Positions 61,201-64,000 of a stretch of DNA of 64,000 nt are shown here, in pieces. A program made the position numbers and the translations under genes. The stretch covers positions 26,226,001 to 26,290,000 of the forward strand of contig NW_027361810.1 of assembly GCF_039654945.1 (NCBI RefSeq), given 5' to 3'. A model generated the notes under the pieces. That model ran no database searches. It saw nothing but the letters and a program-made list of their open reading frames with translations, and was not told the origin of the DNA. The first letter of the stretch is position 1; each line of letters starts with the position of its first letter. The stretch is from Dendrobates tinctorius. Taxonomy: Eukaryota.

Positions 61201-63225
61201 GTTGTGACCAAGCCTGCTACCATCTTAGGTGAGGGGGTAGTTCTTTCTGCCATCTCGACCGATTTGAGACGTGCTCTGGAAGAGTTTCAGGAGGACAGAC
61301 CTGAGCGTTGTCCCATTGGAAAATTGTATGTTCCTGACCAGTGGAGGAAGAGAGTGATGTCTGAAGTTCATTGCTCTGCATTGGCTGGTCATCCAGGTAT
61401 TTTTGGTACTAGAGATTTGGTGAGTCGGTCTTTTTGGTGGCCCGCCTTGTCTCGTGATGTCAGGAATTTTGTGCAGTCCTGTGGGACTTGCTCTCGGTCT
61501 AAACCTTGTTCTCGCTCTAGTGGGTTGTCGATGCCTTTGCCAGTGCCCAGGAGGCCATGGACCCATATTTCAATGGATTTTATCTCTGATATGCCTGTGT
61601 CTCAGAGAATGACTGTTATTTGGGTGATTTGTGGTAGATTCTCTAAGATGGTCCATCTTGTACCACTCCCTAAGTTGCCATCTTCCTCAGAGTTGGTGCC
61701 CTTGTTTTTGCAACAGGTGGTTCGCTTGCACGGGATTCCTGAGAACATTGTATCTGACAGAGGAGTTCAGTTTGTGTCTAGATTTTGGAGGACTTTCTGT
61801 TCCAAGCTGGGAATTCAGTTGTCCTTCTCCTCTGCGTTTCACCCCCAGACCAATGGGCAGACAGAGAGAACAAACCAGACTTTGGAGTCGTATTTGAGAT
61901 GTTTTATTTCTGCTGATCAGGATGATTGGGTTTCATTTTTGCCCTTGGCCGAATTTGCTTTAAATAATAGAGCTAGTTCGGCCACTTTGATGTCACCTTT
62001 TTTTTGTAACTTTGGGTTTCATCCTCGATTCTCTTCAGGGCAGGTGGAGCCTTCTGCCTGCCCAGGTGTTGACACTGTGGTGGAGAGAATGCACCAGATC
62101 TGGGACCAAGTGGTGGATAAGTTGTCTCTCTCCCAGGAAAAGGCCCTGCGGTTTTCCAACCGGCATAGGACCATTGGCCCCCAGTTTAAGGTGGGTGATA
62201 TGGTTTGGTTGTCATCAAAGAATATCGCTATGAAGGTGGCTTCTCCAAAGTTTAAACCTAGATTTATTGGACCTTACAAGATTTTGGAGATTCTTAATCC
62301 AGTCTCTTTTCGATTGGCTCTTCCTGTTACATTTAAGATCCATAACGTGTTTCATAAGTCTCTGTTAAAGAGGTTTGTGGAGCCAGTAGTTCCTGTGGTG
62401 GCACCTCCTGACCCGGTATTGGTTGAAGGTAATGTGGAATATGAGGTTGAGAAGATACTGGATTCTCGCCTGGCTAGACGGAGACTCCAGTATTTGGTTA
62501 AATGGAAGGGTTATGGCCAGGAGGATAATTCTTGGGTCCCTGCATCCAATATTCATGCCAAAAGATTGGTTCGTGCCTTTCATCGGGCCCATCCTGATCG
62601 CCCTGGTGGCGTGGATGAGGGTTCGGTGACCCCTCCTCAAGAGGGAGGTACTGTTGTGAGTTCATTTTCCCCTTCACCGTCGATGTCTGATGAACTCCCT
62701 CTTCTGGTGAAGGAAGGTAGTGAGGCTGATTACCAAACACCTGATCTGGTAGATGATGACTGGGTAACAGGAATTTCTGACTAGATATAAGGCAGCCGAC
62801 GCCCTTCTGAGTCGCTGGTGATTTCTCTGCTGGATTCTTGGAGACCAGTCTGTTTCCTGCTTCCCAAAGATAAGTTTTTGCTCTGCTATTGAACGTATTA
62901 GTTTTGTTTTGTTTACCTTGTTTTTTGGAGTTCAGCCATCCCCGGTCGGGGGTGTGCTGAGTTCCATTTTTGTCTCTGATCAGTTTGTCTCTTTGCTCTG
63001 GCTTCAGAATTTACCTGAGTGCTGATATAGTCTTTTTGAAGTCCTAGCGACTTCAGGGCCTGTTTTTCCTATCAGACGCTTGGGACATTTTTTGGTAGGG
63101 TTTTTTGCAGATTGCAGACAGCAGCTTTTCTATCCTGTCCTTTTTAGTTAGCTTGGGCCCCATCGTTTGATCAACCTATCTTTCTATCTGTGTTAGTGTT
63201 TTCATCTTGCTTCACCCTCATTATA
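58266..63225 (+). mobile_element. Gypsy/Ty3 chromovirus (Tf1/sushi group); 5' LTR internally deleted, 3' LTR interrupted by a Tc1
   Basis: Identical 79-bp LTR starts at 58266 and 62652; purine tract AAGAGGGAGG before the 3' LTR; 5' LTR ends CATAACA at 58449. Confidence 0.95.
58597..62784 (+). pseudogene. Single-frame Gag-PR-RT-RNaseH-IN-chromodomain polyprotein with two nonsense codons (59932, 60511)
   Basis: Three ORF-track pieces in one frame; CFFCGDASHIISVC knuckle, VDSGA, YLDD, DASEIG, HHCC, SMDF/SDRG/TER, GPY, YEVEKILD..YLVKWKGY..NSW. Confidence 0.96.
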
Positions 63226-64000
63226 CAGTGGGGCAAAAAAGTATTTAGTCAGTCAGCAATAGTACAAGTTCCACCACTTAAAAAGATGAGAGGCGTCTGT
63301 AATTTACATCATAGGTAGACCTCAACTATGGGAGACAAACTGAGAAAAAAAAATCCAGAAAATCACATTGTCTGTTTTTTTTTTCATTTTATTTGCATAT
63401 TATGGTGGAAAATAAGTATTTGGTCAGAAACAAGCAATCAAGATTTCTGGCTCTCACAGACCTGTAACTTCTTCTTTAAGAGTCTCCTCTTTCCTCCACT
63501 CATTACCTGTAGTAATGGCACCTGTTTAAACTTGTTATCAGTATAAAAAGACACCTGTGCACACCCTCAAACAGTCTGACTCCAAACTCCACTATGGTGA
63601 AGACCAAAGAGCTGTCAAAGGACACCAGAAACAAAATTGTAGCCCTGCACCAGGCTGGGAAGACTGAATCTGCAATAGCCAACCAGCTTGGAGTGAAGAA
63701 ATCAACTGTGGGAGCAATAATTAGAAAATGGAAGACATACAAGACCACTGCTAATCTCCCTCGATCTGGTGCTCCATGCAAAATCCCACCCCGTGGGGTC
63801 AGAATGATCACAAGAACGGTGAGCAAAAATCCCAGAACCACGCGGGGGGACCTAGTGAATGAACTGCAGAGAGCTGGGACCAATGTAACAAGGCCTACCA
63901 TAAGTAACACACTACGCCACCATGGACTCAGATCCTGCAGTGCCAGACGTGTCCCACTGCTTAAGCCTGTACATGTCCGGGCCCGTCTGAAGTTTTCTAG
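63226..64000 (+). mobile_element. Tc1 element inserted at a TA in the Gypsy 3' LTR (cut by window edge)
   Basis: TA+CAGTGGGGCAAAAAAGTATTTAG terminus followed by a transposase. Confidence 0.93.
63594..64000 (+). CDS. Tc1 transposase N-terminus (paired-like DNA-binding domain), open to the window end
   Basis: Manual translation [47 protein letters not shown]...RSGAPCKI...ARRVPLL; no stop in 135 codons; absent from the ORF track. Confidence 0.9.
   Translation, partial: MVKTKELSKDTRNKIVALHQAGKTESAIANQLGVKKSTVGAIIRKWKTYKTTANLPRSGAPCKIPPRGVRMITRTVSKNPRTTRGDLVNELQRAGTNVTRPTISNTLRHHGLRSCSARRVPLLKPVHVRARLKFS

Overview
Eukaryotic, repeat-saturated vertebrate DNA, most likely a frog (inferred from the TE mix: Kolobok T2-MITEs, Harbinger MITEs, piggyBac, Tc1, CR1, V-SINE, sushi-type Gypsy). 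The only host protein-coding gene I can support is Reprimo (RPRM, minus strand, 2955-3269). It appears to have a spliced 5' UTR, with an upstream exon near 9711-9965 carrying chained uORFs; the last uORF crosses the intron and ends in an ATGA overlap with the RPRM start. The rest is a gene desert of nested transposons: a young CR1 LINE with an intact ORF2, a decayed piggyBac plus two non-autonomous relatives carrying ~390-bp tandem arrays, four Tc1 copies, a chromodomain Gypsy (Tf1/sushi type), a Penelope-type palindrome with two hammerhead ribozymes, and many MITEs. The strongest leads are: (1) three splice acceptors 14 nt apart that enter the piggyBac transposase frame in all three phases, like a natural gene trap; (2) a U_UUA_AAC slippery site joining CR1 ORF1 to the ATG-less start of ORF2; (3) the RPRM uORF chain; (4) the inverted hammerhead pair; (5) tRNA-independent self-priming complementarity in the Gypsy element. 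All calls were made by eye with no database searches, and boundaries of degenerate repeats are approximate.
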